Notes: a model not told the origin generated them from the sequence alone. A stretch of DNA of 64,000 nt from Candidatus Pelearchaeum maunauluense (GCA_030059675.1 JANVYQ010000002.1:64001-128000), one strand, 5' to 3'; numbered from the stretch's first letter, positions 40,955 through 51,791 are shown. Program-made: numbers and translations.

Positions 40955-42194
40955 CCCTCACCAACCTCTCCACGACGCGCTGGACGCCAGTCCCATACTG
41001 GAGAGCCGACTTCCTGGAGCGCGCGACCTCATCAAGCCCCAGCAGAAGAGCGACGCTCCTTAGAATACGCTTCCTCACGTAGCCCTCAGCCGTCTTAGCT
41101 ACCTTCAGCTCAGGTGGTAAGCTCAGGGCGTAATCCACCAGCTCATAATCCAAGTAAGGCAAGACCAGCTCAACCCCAACAAGGGAGCATGCGAGGACAT
41201 CGCGGGGCAGGCTAAAGGCGTGGAGGCCCATGACATCCTGCCACAACGCCTCCTGCACGGCTTCATGACCATACCTCTCGGCTATCTTCTCGTATTTCAT
41301 GTAGCCGCCGAACAGCTCGTCAGCCCCTTGGCCCGCTACGGCAGACCTAGCGCCCAGCTCTCTGGCGCGCTCAGCCTGGAGCAGAAAGACAGAGCCTATC
41401 GCAGCGTCCATCAGCGACAACCTGCCAAAAACCCCGCGGAGGAGCTCAACAGCCCGCGAAACATCGCTGGGGGATATCTCAACATGCGTTGCCTCAATCC
41501 CCAGCAGCTTGGCGACGCTCTTGATGTTCGCCCAATCCCGCGCGCCAGGGAGGCCTGCTGATACTAGCATGGGCTCAAGCCCAGCCTCTGCGCAGAGCTT
41601 GGCTAGGATGGAGCTGTCCAAGCCGCCTGAGAAGAAGAGCGCAGAGCCGCGCTCAACGTAGCGCTCAACCGAGGAGCGGAGTAGGCCGAGTATCCTACCC
41701 GCATCCCCCTTCACATGACGCCGCGACGGCTTCCAATAAGTCTCCACAACAGAGCCATGTTCGCCCAGCCGCGTTATGCACGCTGGCCGCGCTGGAGTCG
41801 GTTCATACCCAGCGTTGATGATGAACGCAGGAGTGTTGCTGCAAATTATGAGGCCGCGCGTCTCCGCTATGAAGAGCGGCCTACACCCAAGGTGGTCGCG
41901 GACGAGCACAAGCCCCTCGCCGCTTACCATGACCGCGGAGAAGAAGCCACGCAGCCCCCTGGCGTCCTCTACAGAACCAACCCCGAAGGCGGGGTATGCA
42001 TCTACAAGCGTCAGCCTCCCGTCGCTATACTCGGCAGCCTTCACCCCACGCTCCCGCCGCACCATCCCGAAGTATGCCGCAGCCGCCTGTCCCTGGGAGT
42101 AGTACTCAGCTTCCCTGCCCGCTTCTCCCAAAGCCCTCTTAACCGCCTCCCCCGCGCCCCTGCCGTAGGCAGCCACGAAGCCGAACACAAGCAA
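40932..42194 (-). CDS. Asparagine synthetase B-like protein
   Basis: RDHLGCRPL, FSGGLDSS, GQGADELFGGY. Confidence 0.8.
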   Translation of the reverse strand: MLVFGFVAAYGRGAGEAVKRALGEAGREAEYYSQGQAAAAYFGMVRRERGVKAAEYSDGRLTLVDAYPAFGVGSVEDARGLRGFFSAVMVSGEGLVLVRDHLGCRPLFIAETRGLIICSNTPAFIINAGYEPTPARPACITRLGEHGSVVETYWKPSRRHVKGDAGRILGLLRSSVERYVERGSALFFSGGLDSSILAKLCAEAGLEPMLVSAGLPGARDWANIKSVAKLLGIEATHVEISPSDVSRAVELLRGVFGRLSLMDAAIGSVFLLQAERARELGARSAVAGQGADELFGGYMKYEKIAERYGHEAVQEALWQDVMGLHAFSLPRDVLACSLVGVELVLPYLDYELVDYALSLPPELKVAKTAEGYVRKRILRSVALLLGLDEVARSRKSALQYGTGVQRVVERLVRDGKARLS

Positions 42195-42244
42195 CCCCCA
42201 GCGTATAGTAGCGCTAATTAACCAGTGGCGTCCTCCCTATATTC

Positions 42245-42400
42245 GTGGATTCGGACTGCCAGCATGAGTTTGAATTCCTCGGCGAGCAGAAGACCGACGA
42301 GGGGACGAACAAATACTTCCGCTGCACCCTCTGCGGCGATGTCTTCGTCTTCCCGCCCAACTCTGACATAGCGTATAAAATACCTGGCAGGAAGGACTAG
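42245..42400 (+). CDS. Small Zn-finger protein (51 aa, below the ORF-track cutoff)
   Basis: MDSDCQHEFEFLGEQ...KYFRCTLCGDVFV. Confidence 0.55.
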   Translation: MDSDCQHEFEFLGEQKTDEGTNKYFRCTLCGDVFVFPPNSDIAYKIPGRKD

Positions 42401-42894
42401 ACACCTAGGTTAAGCTCGTCCCAGCTAAGCCCAGCTTGGTGGAAGACCTCCTCGCCAATCCTCGTCGGCTCGGCCGCCTTCTCCTCCGCCGCCTTAAGCT
42501 CACGGTATTTTCTATAAAACGCCTGCCTAACGGTCTCAACCGCCTGGAAAAGCTCCTCAGCATTCCTGTACCGCGCAGTCTTTACGGAGCTCTCCACACC
42601 CTCAGGCGAGATGCGCGCAATCGTGTATGTAACCTCTCCTGGAAGCTCTGCGAAAGACCTCACCAAGCCGCTTCCTGCATCTGCCCTAGCTTCCACTAGA
42701 ATTGAGTATAGCTTCCTAACACCGCCCTCCATACGCACAACATCTATGGCGAAGCCGCAGCGTCCAAAGCGCGAGTATATCATGCGCTCATGCGGGTAGT
42801 GCCTATGCGTGGCCAGCCCCACCACGTCGCGCGACTCAATTAATGAGACAACCTCAGACGTTAGAGAACCAGCGTCAGACGACAACACCAGCAC
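42397..42894 (-). CDS. Hypothetical protein
   Basis: ORF with core-like codon usage. Confidence 0.6.
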   Translation of the reverse strand: MLVLSSDAGSLTSEVVSLIESRDVVGLATHRHYPHERMIYSRFGRCGFAIDVVRMEGGVRKLYSILVEARADAGSGLVRSFAELPGEVTYTIARISPEGVESSVKTARYRNAEELFQAVETVRQAFYRKYRELKAAEEKAAEPTRIGEEVFHQAGLSWDELNLGV

Positions 42895-42991
42895 CGACGA
42901 TAGGGGATAGGCTCTAGCTCATAAATCTTGAAAGGAAGGCCGACAACATTAAAACCAAGCCAGCGAAACAGCATGAGCAGAACAACAAGGG

Positions 42992-43076
42992 GCCGGGGTG
43001 GCGGAGCGGACAACGCGCAGGCCTTGAGAGCCTGTGGCCTTCGCGGGCCGCGTGGGTTCAAATCCCACCCCCGGCG
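42992..43076 (+). tRNA. tRNA-Ser (anticodon UGA)
   Basis: Acceptor GCCGGGG/CCCCGGC; anticodon arm CAGGC-CTTGAGA-GCCTG; long variable arm; GGTTCAAATCC. Confidence 0.95.
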
Positions 43077-43340
43077 CATTATGGCCTCTCTGGCGTCGCG
43101 CTCAACTATAGCGCCCAAGGTATCTGATATGCCACCCACATTCTTGGCGAGCCACTCCCTAAGCCTGATTTCACCCTCCAAAACCTTCCTCAACCCAGCT
43201 ATTGCGCTAACATTATTTGCAGAGGTCTCCGCAACTTCCCTAAGAATTATATAAACTCCCATAATCACCGTTCTTCTTATTGGCTTCACTCAACGTTTCT
43301 CAAGGCACTTGATTCGGGTTTAGCGTATATAAGCCTTGAT

Positions 43341-44135
43341 TTAGAAGACCATTCTTACTGCGAAGAACAACGCGAGAGAAGCCACGAATGCGGCTACCCA
43401 TATTGTCGTGTTCCAGCTCATTATCTTCTGGCCGTCTAGGGGGCCTATTGGTATTAGGTTGAAGAACGCTAGGAACGCGTTGATGTGCGCTAGCGCTCTC
43501 AGGGGGAATTGGGGCAGTAGCGGCTGTAGTGGGATTAGCGCTATCGCTATCGCTATGTTCGTGAGGGGGCCTGCAAGGGCTACTTTGCCCATATGCCTAT
43601 GCGTGGCCGCTCCCCAGATAACTACTGCCCCAGGGGCTATGATGATGAAGAACGGCAATCCTATGAAGACGATGAGCGAGGTTATCGCGGTCAGCGCGGC
43701 TCCGAAGGCGTAGATCTTGAAGCGGGCGGACAAGCCTCTGCGGAGGGCGACGAATTTATGGGCCAGCTCGTGGGCTATGAAGGATGCTGCGAAGCCGATG
43801 AGCATGAACGCGGTGATTGCTGGCGAGAATATCACCCCGCGCGAGAGGGCGAAGCCAGCCAGCATGACGAGGGCAGCCCCAGCCGCTAAATGGCCCAGCT
43901 CATCGGCGCTGAATACTCTCTCACGCGCTCTCGCAACGTGAGGCGGGGCTACGGCGTATCCCCAGCCAGTCTCATCACGCGCCTCACGCCGCTTAATTTC
44001 CTCTGGGCTCTTCGCCGCAAAAACCCCTGGACAGCTATGCTTCTCAGGAATCCTATGCTCGGCGCAGAAGAACTCGCCGCAATAAGCGCATTTGAACGGG
44101 AGTAGCTCATCTCTTCCACATACACCGCATCTCAT
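43341..44135 (-). CDS. AN1 Zn finger fused to an M50 (site-2) metalloprotease
   Basis: CGVC...CAYC...CAEH; HELAH; FNLIPIGPLDG. Confidence 0.9.
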   Translation of the reverse strand: MRCGVCGRDELLPFKCAYCGEFFCAEHRIPEKHSCPGVFAAKSPEEIKRREARDETGWGYAVAPPHVARARERVFSADELGHLAAGAALVMLAGFALSRGVIFSPAITAFMLIGFAASFIAHELAHKFVALRRGLSARFKIYAFGAALTAITSLIVFIGLPFFIIIAPGAVVIWGAATHRHMGKVALAGPLTNIAIAIALIPLQPLLPQFPLRALAHINAFLAFFNLIPIGPLDGQKIMSWNTTIWVAAFVASLALFFAVRMVF

Positions 44136-44254
44136 AACCCAAGGCCTCTTAAACTTCCGTTGCTACAAGCTTAGCCGCCTATTTATTGATAGCTTTCGGG
44201 CTAAAACTCTTTAGGAGGAAGGTGGTTGTAGGGAGTAAGGAAGGGTGCTTTGGC

Positions 44255-44683
44255 ATGTCTAGGGGCTTTGGCGAGGATGTGGGCAGGATAGCTAGGGAGC
44301 TCGCGGAGAAGATACGCGAGGCCGTTGAAGCCTCGCTTTCCGCCGTGCCCTCCACGCTATACGGCGGCTATAGGCGGCCAATAACTGAGATGCGCGTGGA
44401 GGACGGCTACATCTACCTACTCGTGGAGCTTCCGGGATGTAGCCGCGATAACATCTCCCTAACGGTGGAGAGTAGGGAGGTTGAGGTGGAGGCGCGGTAC
44501 AGCGACCCACCATTCCCAGAGATGCGCAACATGGCACGCTACCGCGACGGCGGGTTTAGGAGGAGGATAGACTTCCCACACAGCGTAGATACCAGCGATA
44601 TACAGGCGAAATATGTTGATGGCGTTCTATACCTAAGGCTTAAACTAGCCCAGCCCAGCGGCACTAGGGTTAAGATAGAATGA
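44255..44683 (+). CDS. Small heat-shock protein (Hsp20)
   Basis: VELPG...AKYVDGVLYL. Confidence 0.8.
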   Translation: MSRGFGEDVGRIARELAEKIREAVEASLSAVPSTLYGGYRRPITEMRVEDGYIYLLVELPGCSRDNISLTVESREVEVEARYSDPPFPEMRNMARYRDGGFRRRIDFPHSVDTSDIQAKYVDGVLYLRLKLAQPSGTRVKIE

Positions 44684-46269
44684 GCGGCGCTCATTATGCC
44701 GCTTTCGTAGAGCTCTGTGAGAAGCTGGAAAAAACACCAGGACGAAACCAGAAGATACAGCTGGTCGCGGCGTATCTCAGGACGCTCTCGCCAGAGGAAG
44801 CGAAGATAGCAGCTTACATGCTGGTTGGCAGGGCTACGGAGGAGAAGGGGAAGACGCCGCTCAACGTTGGCTGGGCGGCTGTGCGCGACGTGCTGGACGC
44901 GGGCATAACGAAGCCCCTCGTTGAAACGCCCCTAACGCTTCTGGAGCTTTGGTCATCCCTCAAGTCGGCGGCGCAGGCAAGTGGTGAAGGCTCGCGGACT
45001 CGTAAGAAGGCGGTCATAGAGGCGCTCCTTTCGCGGATGAGCGAGGTTGAGCGGAAGTGGTTCATCAGGATGCTTTTCGGCGAGATGCGGCACGGCGTAA
45101 GCGCAGGCTTGCTGCTTGACGCAATAGCCCAGGTCTCTGGGCTTGACGCTGAGCGGGTTAGGCGGCTTGACATGGTGATAGGCGACATAGGCGAGCTGGC
45201 CAAGCTGGCCGTTAAGGGCAAACTAACAACAGCTGGCATGAGGCTCTTCAGCCCCGTCAGACCTATGCTGGCAGAGATGAGCGAGACAGCCCAGGACGCG
45301 ATTAGGGAGCATGGCGGCAAGACGGCGTTTGAGCCAAAGTTTGACGGCGTGAGGTTGCAGATACACAAGCAGGGAGACGTGGTAAGGCTCTACACGCGCC
45401 GCCTCTCTGACGTTACCCACAGCCTGCCAGACGTGGTTGATGTCGTCAAGAGGGCTGTAAAGGCCTCCGAGGCCGTGCTGGACGCTGAGGTAGTAGCCGT
45501 AGACCAGGCGGGCAAGGCTCTTCCATTCCAAGAGACCATGCGGAGACTAGGCAGAGAGAGGGACGTGGAGGAGGCGGTAACCCAGATACCGCTACAGCTC
45601 AAGGTCTTTGACATCCTATACCTTGAGGGCGACACGGTTATTGACAAGCCCTACATGGAGAGGCACCGACTCCTGGAGAGGGTTGTAGAGGATGGCTCTC
45701 TCCTAGCGGAGCAGCTAATTACAGACAACGCCGAGGAGGCTGAACGCTTCATGGAGCGCGTGTTGGAGCAGGGGCATGAGGGCCTCATCGCCAAGGACCC
45801 GCGGAGCGCATACACACCTGGCAGGAGGGGCGGGCACTGGCTCAAGATAAAGCCAGCCGAGAGGCTGGACGTGGTTATTATCGCCGCTGAGTGGGGGCAT
45901 GGCAGGAGACAAGGCTGGCTCAGCAACTACCACCTCGCCGTCCTCGACAAAGAGACGGGGAGCTTTGAGATGGTGGGCAAGACCTTCAAGGGGCTTACCG
46001 ACAGGGAGTTTGAGGAGATGACGCGGAGGCTGCAGGAGATTAAGCTCGCGGATACTGAGTGGGGCTTGATCGTCAGGCCTGAGATAGTGGTTGAGGTTGC
46101 CTATAATGAGATACAGCGGAGCCCCCACTATAGGAGTGGCTATGCCCTGCGCTTCGCCCGAATAACGAGGATACGCGACGACAAGCCTCCCAGCGAGGTG
46201 GATACCCTCCAGCGCCTCAGGATGCTATACGAGAAGCAGTTTGAGAAGAAGGGGAGGCTGGAGGAATAG
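44680..46269 (+). CDS. lig: ATP-dependent DNA ligase
   Basis: EPKFDGVR, EGLIAK, WLKIK, ALRFAR. Confidence 0.95.
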   Translation: MSGAHYAAFVELCEKLEKTPGRNQKIQLVAAYLRTLSPEEAKIAAYMLVGRATEEKGKTPLNVGWAAVRDVLDAGITKPLVETPLTLLELWSSLKSAAQASGEGSRTRKKAVIEALLSRMSEVERKWFIRMLFGEMRHGVSAGLLLDAIAQVSGLDAERVRRLDMVIGDIGELAKLAVKGKLTTAGMRLFSPVRPMLAEMSETAQDAIREHGGKTAFEPKFDGVRLQIHKQGDVVRLYTRRLSDVTHSLPDVVDVVKRAVKASEAVLDAEVVAVDQAGKALPFQETMRRLGRERDVEEAVTQIPLQLKVFDILYLEGDTVIDKPYMERHRLLERVVEDGSLLAEQLITDNAEEAERFMERVLEQGHEGLIAKDPRSAYTPGRRGGHWLKIKPAERLDVVIIAAEWGHGRRQGWLSNYHLAVLDKETGSFEMVGKTFKGLTDREFEEMTRRLQEIKLADTEWGLIVRPEIVVEVAYNEIQRSPHYRSGYALRFARITRIRDDKPPSEVDTLQRLRMLYEKQFEKKGRLEE

Positions 46270-46357
46270 CGTGGGGAATCCCAGCATACTACCAGTGGAA
46301 TTCCATCATGCGCCAGCTAGCCAAACGGTTATTAGAGTATAGGCCGGCGAGGAGGCC

Positions 46358-46924
46358 ATGGCAAGGATACGCCCCGCCCTCTTCGGGTTCTCCATACTCA
46401 CGTTGGCGGGGGCTATAGCCACGCTGGGGACGCAGACAGCTGGCATGATAGCCCCCTCAGACCAAATGCGCGTGTTGGCGACGCTCTTCAACGCGCTGGC
46501 ACCCATGCTCTCACCCCTCTCATCGGCGGCGGGCACTAAGGTGCTCATGCCAATAGGCGGTGAGGAGCTAGCCCTCGGAATAGCTCCCCTAATCGCATGG
46601 GTCGCTGCTGGCGTGGCTATAGGCCTGATGAGCAGGGACGGGAGCGAGGCTGCAACGGCATCACTAGCCCTGGCAAGCCTAACATACATACTATGGCTGG
46701 GCTTGGCCCTGCTGGTTCTCCCAAGCACGGGAGCGGCTATACCCTGGAGCAACTACCTGGACATGGTTGTGAGCAGGATACTCGTCTCAACACCACTGGA
46801 CTTCTTCTCAATCTACATAATACCCACAGCCCTCTCAGCAGCCACCACGTCCCTCTACCAGAAAGCCACCAGGCCGAGAATACATGAGAAGCCTATAGAG
46901 AGAAGGAGGATATGGGACTACTAG
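46358..46924 (+). CDS. Hypothetical membrane protein
   Basis: Several TM segments. Confidence 0.6.
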   Translation: MARIRPALFGFSILTLAGAIATLGTQTAGMIAPSDQMRVLATLFNALAPMLSPLSSAAGTKVLMPIGGEELALGIAPLIAWVAAGVAIGLMSRDGSEAATASLALASLTYILWLGLALLVLPSTGAAIPWSNYLDMVVSRILVSTPLDFFSIYIIPTALSAATTSLYQKATRPRIHEKPIERRRIWDY

Positions 46925-46971
46925 GTCAGAAAAAGAAAAGGGGGAAGGGTTTCTGGGATGGTGATGGGGAC

Positions 46972-47136
46972 TTAGCCCATCCCAGTCTCTTCCGCCGCGG
47001 CGGGTGAGGGCGCAGCAGCCCTCGCCCGCGCTCCTCGCGCGGATTTCTTCTTGGTGGCTGCTTTCGTCTTACCCGTTTTTTTAGCTCCCTTCTTGCTTGA
47101 TTTCTTAGCTGTCTTCTTTCCCTTCTTTGCTGGCAT
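46972..47136 (-). CDS. Small Lys/Ala-rich basic protein
   Basis: MPAKKGKKTAKKSSKKGAKKTGK... Confidence 0.6.
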   Translation of the reverse strand: MPAKKGKKTAKKSSKKGAKKTGKTKAATKKKSARGARARAAAPSPAAAEETGMG

Positions 47137-47265
47137 CTCCGTTTCCTCGTGCATAATTGATTATGGGAGACATAAAAGATTTTCGGAAAAAATTATTGTC
47201 AAACCTACCCGATAGCATATTGCTTAACCCTTTAAGCAACCACTTTGGCCTTATCTGCGAGGGTA

Positions 47266-47595
47266 ATGAGCAGAATAACGTTAGGAGAGTTTAAGCGCGT
47301 TGAGATACGTGTGGGTAGGGTTGTTGCAGCGGAGCGTGTGAAGGGGACTGATAGGATAATCAAGCTGCGGGTGGACTTCGGCGATAAGCAGATGCAAGCG
47401 CTCACAGGCCTTGGCCACATCTACGAGCCTGAGCACTTCATAGGAAAGAAATACGCGTTCGTAACCAACCTTGAGCCGAAGAAGCTTAGGGGGGAGGTGT
47501 CGGAGTGCATGGTCCTCGCTGCTGTGGAGAGCGATGATAGCATAGCTCCTTTAGTTCCTGAGAGGGATGTGAGGGAGGGCTCTCCCGTATACTAG
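47266..47595 (+). CDS. tRNA-binding protein (Trbp111/CsaA/MetRS C-terminal-like)
   Basis: EIRVGRVVAAE...VTNLEPKKLRGEVSECMVLA. Confidence 0.85.
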   Translation: MSRITLGEFKRVEIRVGRVVAAERVKGTDRIIKLRVDFGDKQMQALTGLGHIYEPEHFIGKKYAFVTNLEPKKLRGEVSECMVLAAVESDDSIAPLVPERDVREGSPVY

Positions 47596-47648
47596 CCCTC
47601 CTCCTGGGGTCTCTTAATATAATCGGCGGGTAGCAGTAGGCTTGGGCC

Positions 47649-48947
47649 TTGGTGGTGAAGACGCTCTTCGTCAAGGATGTGTTCGGCCTGGCAGGGGGGT
47701 CGCGGGTTGAGCTGCTGGGCTGGGTGAGGAATAGGCGGCTGCATGGTAAGTTGGTCTTCCTAGACGTGCGCGACTCAACTGGGGTTATCCAGGTTGCGGT
47801 TAAGGTGGGCGTCGCGAGCGGCTCTGCTTATGAGAATGCTGTGCGCGTGGGTAGGGAGGCCGCTGTAAGGGTGGTTGGGGAGGCTGTCAAAGACCCCCGC
47901 GCCCCTGGCGGGGTTGAGATAGCCTGCCGCGAGCTTGAGGTGGTGGGTGAGGCTCTTGAGGAGTTTCCGATAAAGCCTGGCGTGGGCGCGCGCTTCCTCC
48001 ACGACCATAGGCACCTCCACCTGAGAAGCCCCAAGGTCTCGGCAGTCATGCGCGTCAGGGCTAAGCTACTTGACGCGGCGCGGCGGTGGTTTGAGGAGAA
48101 CGGCTTCGTGGAGATACACTGCCCCACATTCATAACCGCGGCGGTGGAAGGCGGCGCGACGCTCTTCAAGGTGGACTACTTCGGACGCGAGGCGTACTTG
48201 ACGCAGAGCGTACAGTTCTACCAGGAGGCGGCGATATATGGGCTGGAGAAGGTGTATAGCATACAGCCCAGCTTCAGGGCTGAGAAGAGCAAGACGAGGA
48301 GGCATCTGACAGAGTTCTGGCATGTGGAGGCGGAGCTCGCCCACGCTGGGCTTGAGGACTTGATGAAGGTCGTTGAGGGGCTTGTCAGCTTCTCTGTGAG
48401 GGAGGCCGTGGAGAGGAGCGCGGAGGAGCTCCGCACTATAGGGAGGTCGTTCAACACCTCTTCTGTCGAGCCTCCGTTTGAGAGGATAAAGTATGCGGAG
48501 GCGCTGGAGCTTTTGGAGTCGCGGGGAGTGTCGCTGGAGTGGGGCTCAGACCTAGGGGCTGATGAGGAGCGGATACTCACCCAGCAGTTTGAGAAGCCGT
48601 TCTTCGTAACCCACTATCCGAAGGAGGCTAAAGCCTTCTACCATATGCCAGACCCGCGTGATGGGCGGGTTACGCTCTCAGCCGACCTGCTCGCGCCGCA
48701 GGGGTATGGCGAGATAGTGGGAGGTGGCCAGCGCATACACGACTATAACCAGCTGCTGGAGCGTATTAGGGAGGAGGGGCTTAACCCAGAGGAGTATAAG
48801 TGGTATCTGGACCTGCGTAAGTATGGTTCTGTGCCTCACAGCGGCTTTGGGCTTGGCGTTGAGAGGCTTCTACAGTGGGTTCTGGGGCTGCGGAGCGTTA
48901 GGAGCGCGTGCCTCTTCCCAAGGACGCGGGCGCGCCTCTACCCATGA
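47649..48947 (+). CDS. asnS: Asparaginyl-tRNA synthetase
   Basis: OB fold; VEGGATLF; FRAEKSKTRRHLTEFW; PHSGFGLGVER. Confidence 0.9.
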   Translation: MVVKTLFVKDVFGLAGGSRVELLGWVRNRRLHGKLVFLDVRDSTGVIQVAVKVGVASGSAYENAVRVGREAAVRVVGEAVKDPRAPGGVEIACRELEVVGEALEEFPIKPGVGARFLHDHRHLHLRSPKVSAVMRVRAKLLDAARRWFEENGFVEIHCPTFITAAVEGGATLFKVDYFGREAYLTQSVQFYQEAAIYGLEKVYSIQPSFRAEKSKTRRHLTEFWHVEAELAHAGLEDLMKVVEGLVSFSVREAVERSAEELRTIGRSFNTSSVEPPFERIKYAEALELLESRGVSLEWGSDLGADEERILTQQFEKPFFVTHYPKEAKAFYHMPDPRDGRVTLSADLLAPQGYGEIVGGGQRIHDYNQLLERIREEGLNPEEYKWYLDLRKYGSVPHSGFGLGVERLLQWVLGLRSVRSACLFPRTRARLYP

Positions 48948-49507
48948 CCGAGCCATACTCACCAGCGGAGGATACGCTACTCCTCATCAAGACGCTGGAG
49001 CGTACCGAGGTTGGGGGAGTGGTTGTTGAGATTGGCTGCGGTCTGGGCGCAGTGTTGGAAAGCATAGCAGACCGCGCGGATGAGGTCATAGGGACGGACA
49101 TACAGCTTGAGGCTCTCCTAGAAGCTAGGAAGAGGCTCACAGCTTTCTACGGCTCTACGCACCTAATCAACGCCCGCGGCCTTTCGTGCATCAGGAGGAA
49201 TAACATAATCAGCCTGGTTGTCTCCAACCCTCCCTACCTGCCCGAAGAGCCTGAGATACGCGACCCCACCATACACGCAGGGCCAACAGGCGTGGAGACG
49301 GCGCTGGAAATCGTCTCCGAGGCTGCTCAAATAATGGCTAAGGGATGCAGAATAATACTAATAGCGTCAAGCCTATCCGACTTCAACCGATTAAAGGCTG
49401 AGACCACCGAGAAAGGGATGGAAATGGAGACGTTATCAAAGCTTGACCTGTTTTTTGAAAGGCTTATATGCGTACAAATAAGGGGGAAGTGTTCGGCGAA
49501 ATTTTGA
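48944..49507 (+). CDS. HemK2/PrmC-like methyltransferase
   Basis: YSPAEDT, EIGCGLG, SNPPY. Confidence 0.85.
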   Translation: MTEPYSPAEDTLLLIKTLERTEVGGVVVEIGCGLGAVLESIADRADEVIGTDIQLEALLEARKRLTAFYGSTHLINARGLSCIRRNNIISLVVSNPPYLPEEPEIRDPTIHAGPTGVETALEIVSEAAQIMAKGCRIILIASSLSDFNRLKAETTEKGMEMETLSKLDLFFERLICVQIRGKCSAKF

Positions 49508-49553
49508 TTAAAGATAAATTAGCTGGTTTGGTAGAGTCATCCCCCAGCCCCCT

Positions 49554-51485
49554 ATGGGGGAGGCAAGGCGGGGGTTGCACCGCTTCTCGGATGTGGAGCT
49601 TAAGCGGGACGTTGGGTGGTTTGGCTCATTCGCGATGGGGTATGGCGATGTTGGAGCTGACATCTTCATAGCCCTCGGAATAGTAACGCTCTACGCAGGC
49701 GGCGCAGCTCCCCTCGCATTCTTGATAGCAGCCCTCGTTTATGTCGCCGTTGGTCTGGCATACGCGGAGCTGGCTCCCATATATCCCTACGCAGGCGGCT
49801 CTCAGGTATATGCCATGCGCGCATCCAACAGTCTGGCAGGCTTCCTAGCAGGCTGGGCGCTAATGCTCGATTACATCCTCTGCATATCCCTCTTCGCCGT
49901 TGCCGCGGCTGGCTACCTCAAGTTCCTCTTCCCGATTCTAAGCATCCTATCACTGGAGATACCCCAGCTTGGCGTAGGGCTTCCAAGCATAGGCGTGGTG
50001 GGAGCGCTGCTGGTTGCGCCGCTAATATTCCTAAATTATATAGGAATAAAATACTCGGCCAGCTTCATAGCGTTTCTTGTCTGCTTCGGCCTGCTCGTCC
50101 AGGGCGTTATACTCTTCCTAGGGTATGCGCTGGCATTTGAGCCTGAGCGCATGCTGGAGCAGGTCTGGATATTCGGAAGTGATGAACAGCTACCAGAGGT
50201 GGGCTACCTCCCCTGGCTTGACATAAACACCAACAACTTCCTCTACGGCTTGACGCTCGCCATGGCCTCCTTCATAGGGATTGAGTCTATAGCGCAGGCT
50301 GCTGAGGAGACGAAGCGGCCCCACCGCTGGATACCGCGGGCCGCGAAGCTCTCTGTGGTTGCGGTCTTCCTCTCGGTCATACTCTTCGCCGTCCTCTCTA
50401 TGGGTGTGCTGGAGTGGAAGACGCTGGGCAGCGCGTATGAGAATCCAGTAGCTCGCCTGGTGGTGGCTTTCCCGATAGTGGGCATATACCTAGCCCCCCT
50501 AGTTGCGTTCGCGGCCTTCATACTATGCTACGCCTCTTCCAACACTGGGGTTATAGGAATCTCAAGGCTCGCAGCCAGCATGGGGCGTTTCGGGCTACTC
50601 CCAAGGTGGTTCTATAAAATCCACCCACGGTACAGAACACCGACGAGGACGCTCACGGTCTTCGGCATCATAGGCCTGCTAATCGCCATGGTCGGAGACA
50701 TACCGTTCATAGCCAGCATCTACAACTTCGGAGCCCTGCTGAGCTATATGCTCCTCATGTATAGCTTGTTGCTGCTGAGGAATAGGGACCAGGACGTTTA
50801 TAGGCCTTGGAAGATTCCGCTATCGCTTAAGTTCAGGCGGGGCGATGGTGTGTTTGAGCTGCCGCTGGTTGGGCTTCTAGGCCTCGCGGGGACAACAGCC
50901 CTGTGGATTCTAGTAGTCTTCCTACACCCATTCGGCAGGCTCTTCGGCTTCGCCTGGATAGCTGTCGGAATAGCCTTCTACATAATCAGCAGGAGGATAA
51001 CTGGGAAGCAGCTCCTAAGCCATGAGGAGGGTGAGATGATAGCGCCGATGGCTTATAGGATGGATATAGGAATACTCATAAGGCCATACGACGACCTGGA
51101 TGTGGTGAGGAAGACGATAACCCACCACTTGGATAAGCGCTTCAGGGTTAGGCTCATAAGCGTCCTGGACCCCGCAGCCATAGGGAAAGAGGCGATGAGA
51201 AGCCCAGCCGAGGTTCAGAGATACCGCGAGCATCTTGAGGCAGACCTGGCTGAGCTATGCCGAAACCTTAGAGAAAAGGGATACGAGGCTGCCTACTGCG
51301 TCCACGTAGGGGATTTTGACGCGATAGTCGAGCAGGAGCTCCAGTCGGGCAAGATAGACATGCTCGCATACATCAAGCGCTCCACCGAGAAGGCCACGCT
51401 GGAGAAGGGACACGATCCAGCAATACATAAAATAATGCAGAAATACCCAGGTAAGATAATGGTCTTGAAGAGAACGGGTGAGTAG
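49554..51485 (+). CDS. APC-family amino-acid permease with USP-like C-terminus
   Basis: YAELA..P.AGG; FIGIES; about 12 TM. Confidence 0.85.
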   Translation: MGEARRGLHRFSDVELKRDVGWFGSFAMGYGDVGADIFIALGIVTLYAGGAAPLAFLIAALVYVAVGLAYAELAPIYPYAGGSQVYAMRASNSLAGFLAGWALMLDYILCISLFAVAAAGYLKFLFPILSILSLEIPQLGVGLPSIGVVGALLVAPLIFLNYIGIKYSASFIAFLVCFGLLVQGVILFLGYALAFEPERMLEQVWIFGSDEQLPEVGYLPWLDINTNNFLYGLTLAMASFIGIESIAQAAEETKRPHRWIPRAAKLSVVAVFLSVILFAVLSMGVLEWKTLGSAYENPVARLVVAFPIVGIYLAPLVAFAAFILCYASSNTGVIGISRLAASMGRFGLLPRWFYKIHPRYRTPTRTLTVFGIIGLLIAMVGDIPFIASIYNFGALLSYMLLMYSLLLLRNRDQDVYRPWKIPLSLKFRRGDGVFELPLVGLLGLAGTTALWILVVFLHPFGRLFGFAWIAVGIAFYIISRRITGKQLLSHEEGEMIAPMAYRMDIGILIRPYDDLDVVRKTITHHLDKRFRVRLISVLDPAAIGKEAMRSPAEVQRYREHLEADLAELCRNLREKGYEAAYCVHVGDFDAIVEQELQSGKIDMLAYIKRSTEKATLEKGHDPAIHKIMQKYPGKIMVLKRTGE

Positions 51486-51765
51486 GGTGGTCCAGCGGGG
51501 AGGACTTAGAGCAATACTCCATGTATTCGTTGATTCCAACTCGCTGGAGAAGGTGGCTCGCGAGATAACCAAGATACCAGAAGTCGTTGATGTCTATGAA
51601 GTAACTGGGGAGTTTGACATCGTGGCTATTATAATGTCGCCAGGCATTGAGCAGTTTAGGGAGCTTCTGAAGGATAAGATACTCAAGATGCCAGGTGTGA
51701 AGAGCGCCGTAACCTCGATAGTTCTCTACACGTATAAGAAGGATGGCGTTGAGACGGGTGAGTAG
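51478..51765 (+). CDS. Lrp/AsnC ligand-binding domain protein
   Basis: IPEVVDVYEVTGEFDI. Confidence 0.85.
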   Translation: MSRVVQRGGLRAILHVFVDSNSLEKVAREITKIPEVVDVYEVTGEFDIVAIIMSPGIEQFRELLKDKILKMPGVKSAVTSIVLYTYKKDGVETGE

Positions 51766-51791
51766 CCTTCTCAACTAGGCGCCGCGTCCTG

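Noticed and set aside
42861-43289. ORFs spanning 42861-43289
   Set aside because: Shadow frames over tRNA-Ser.
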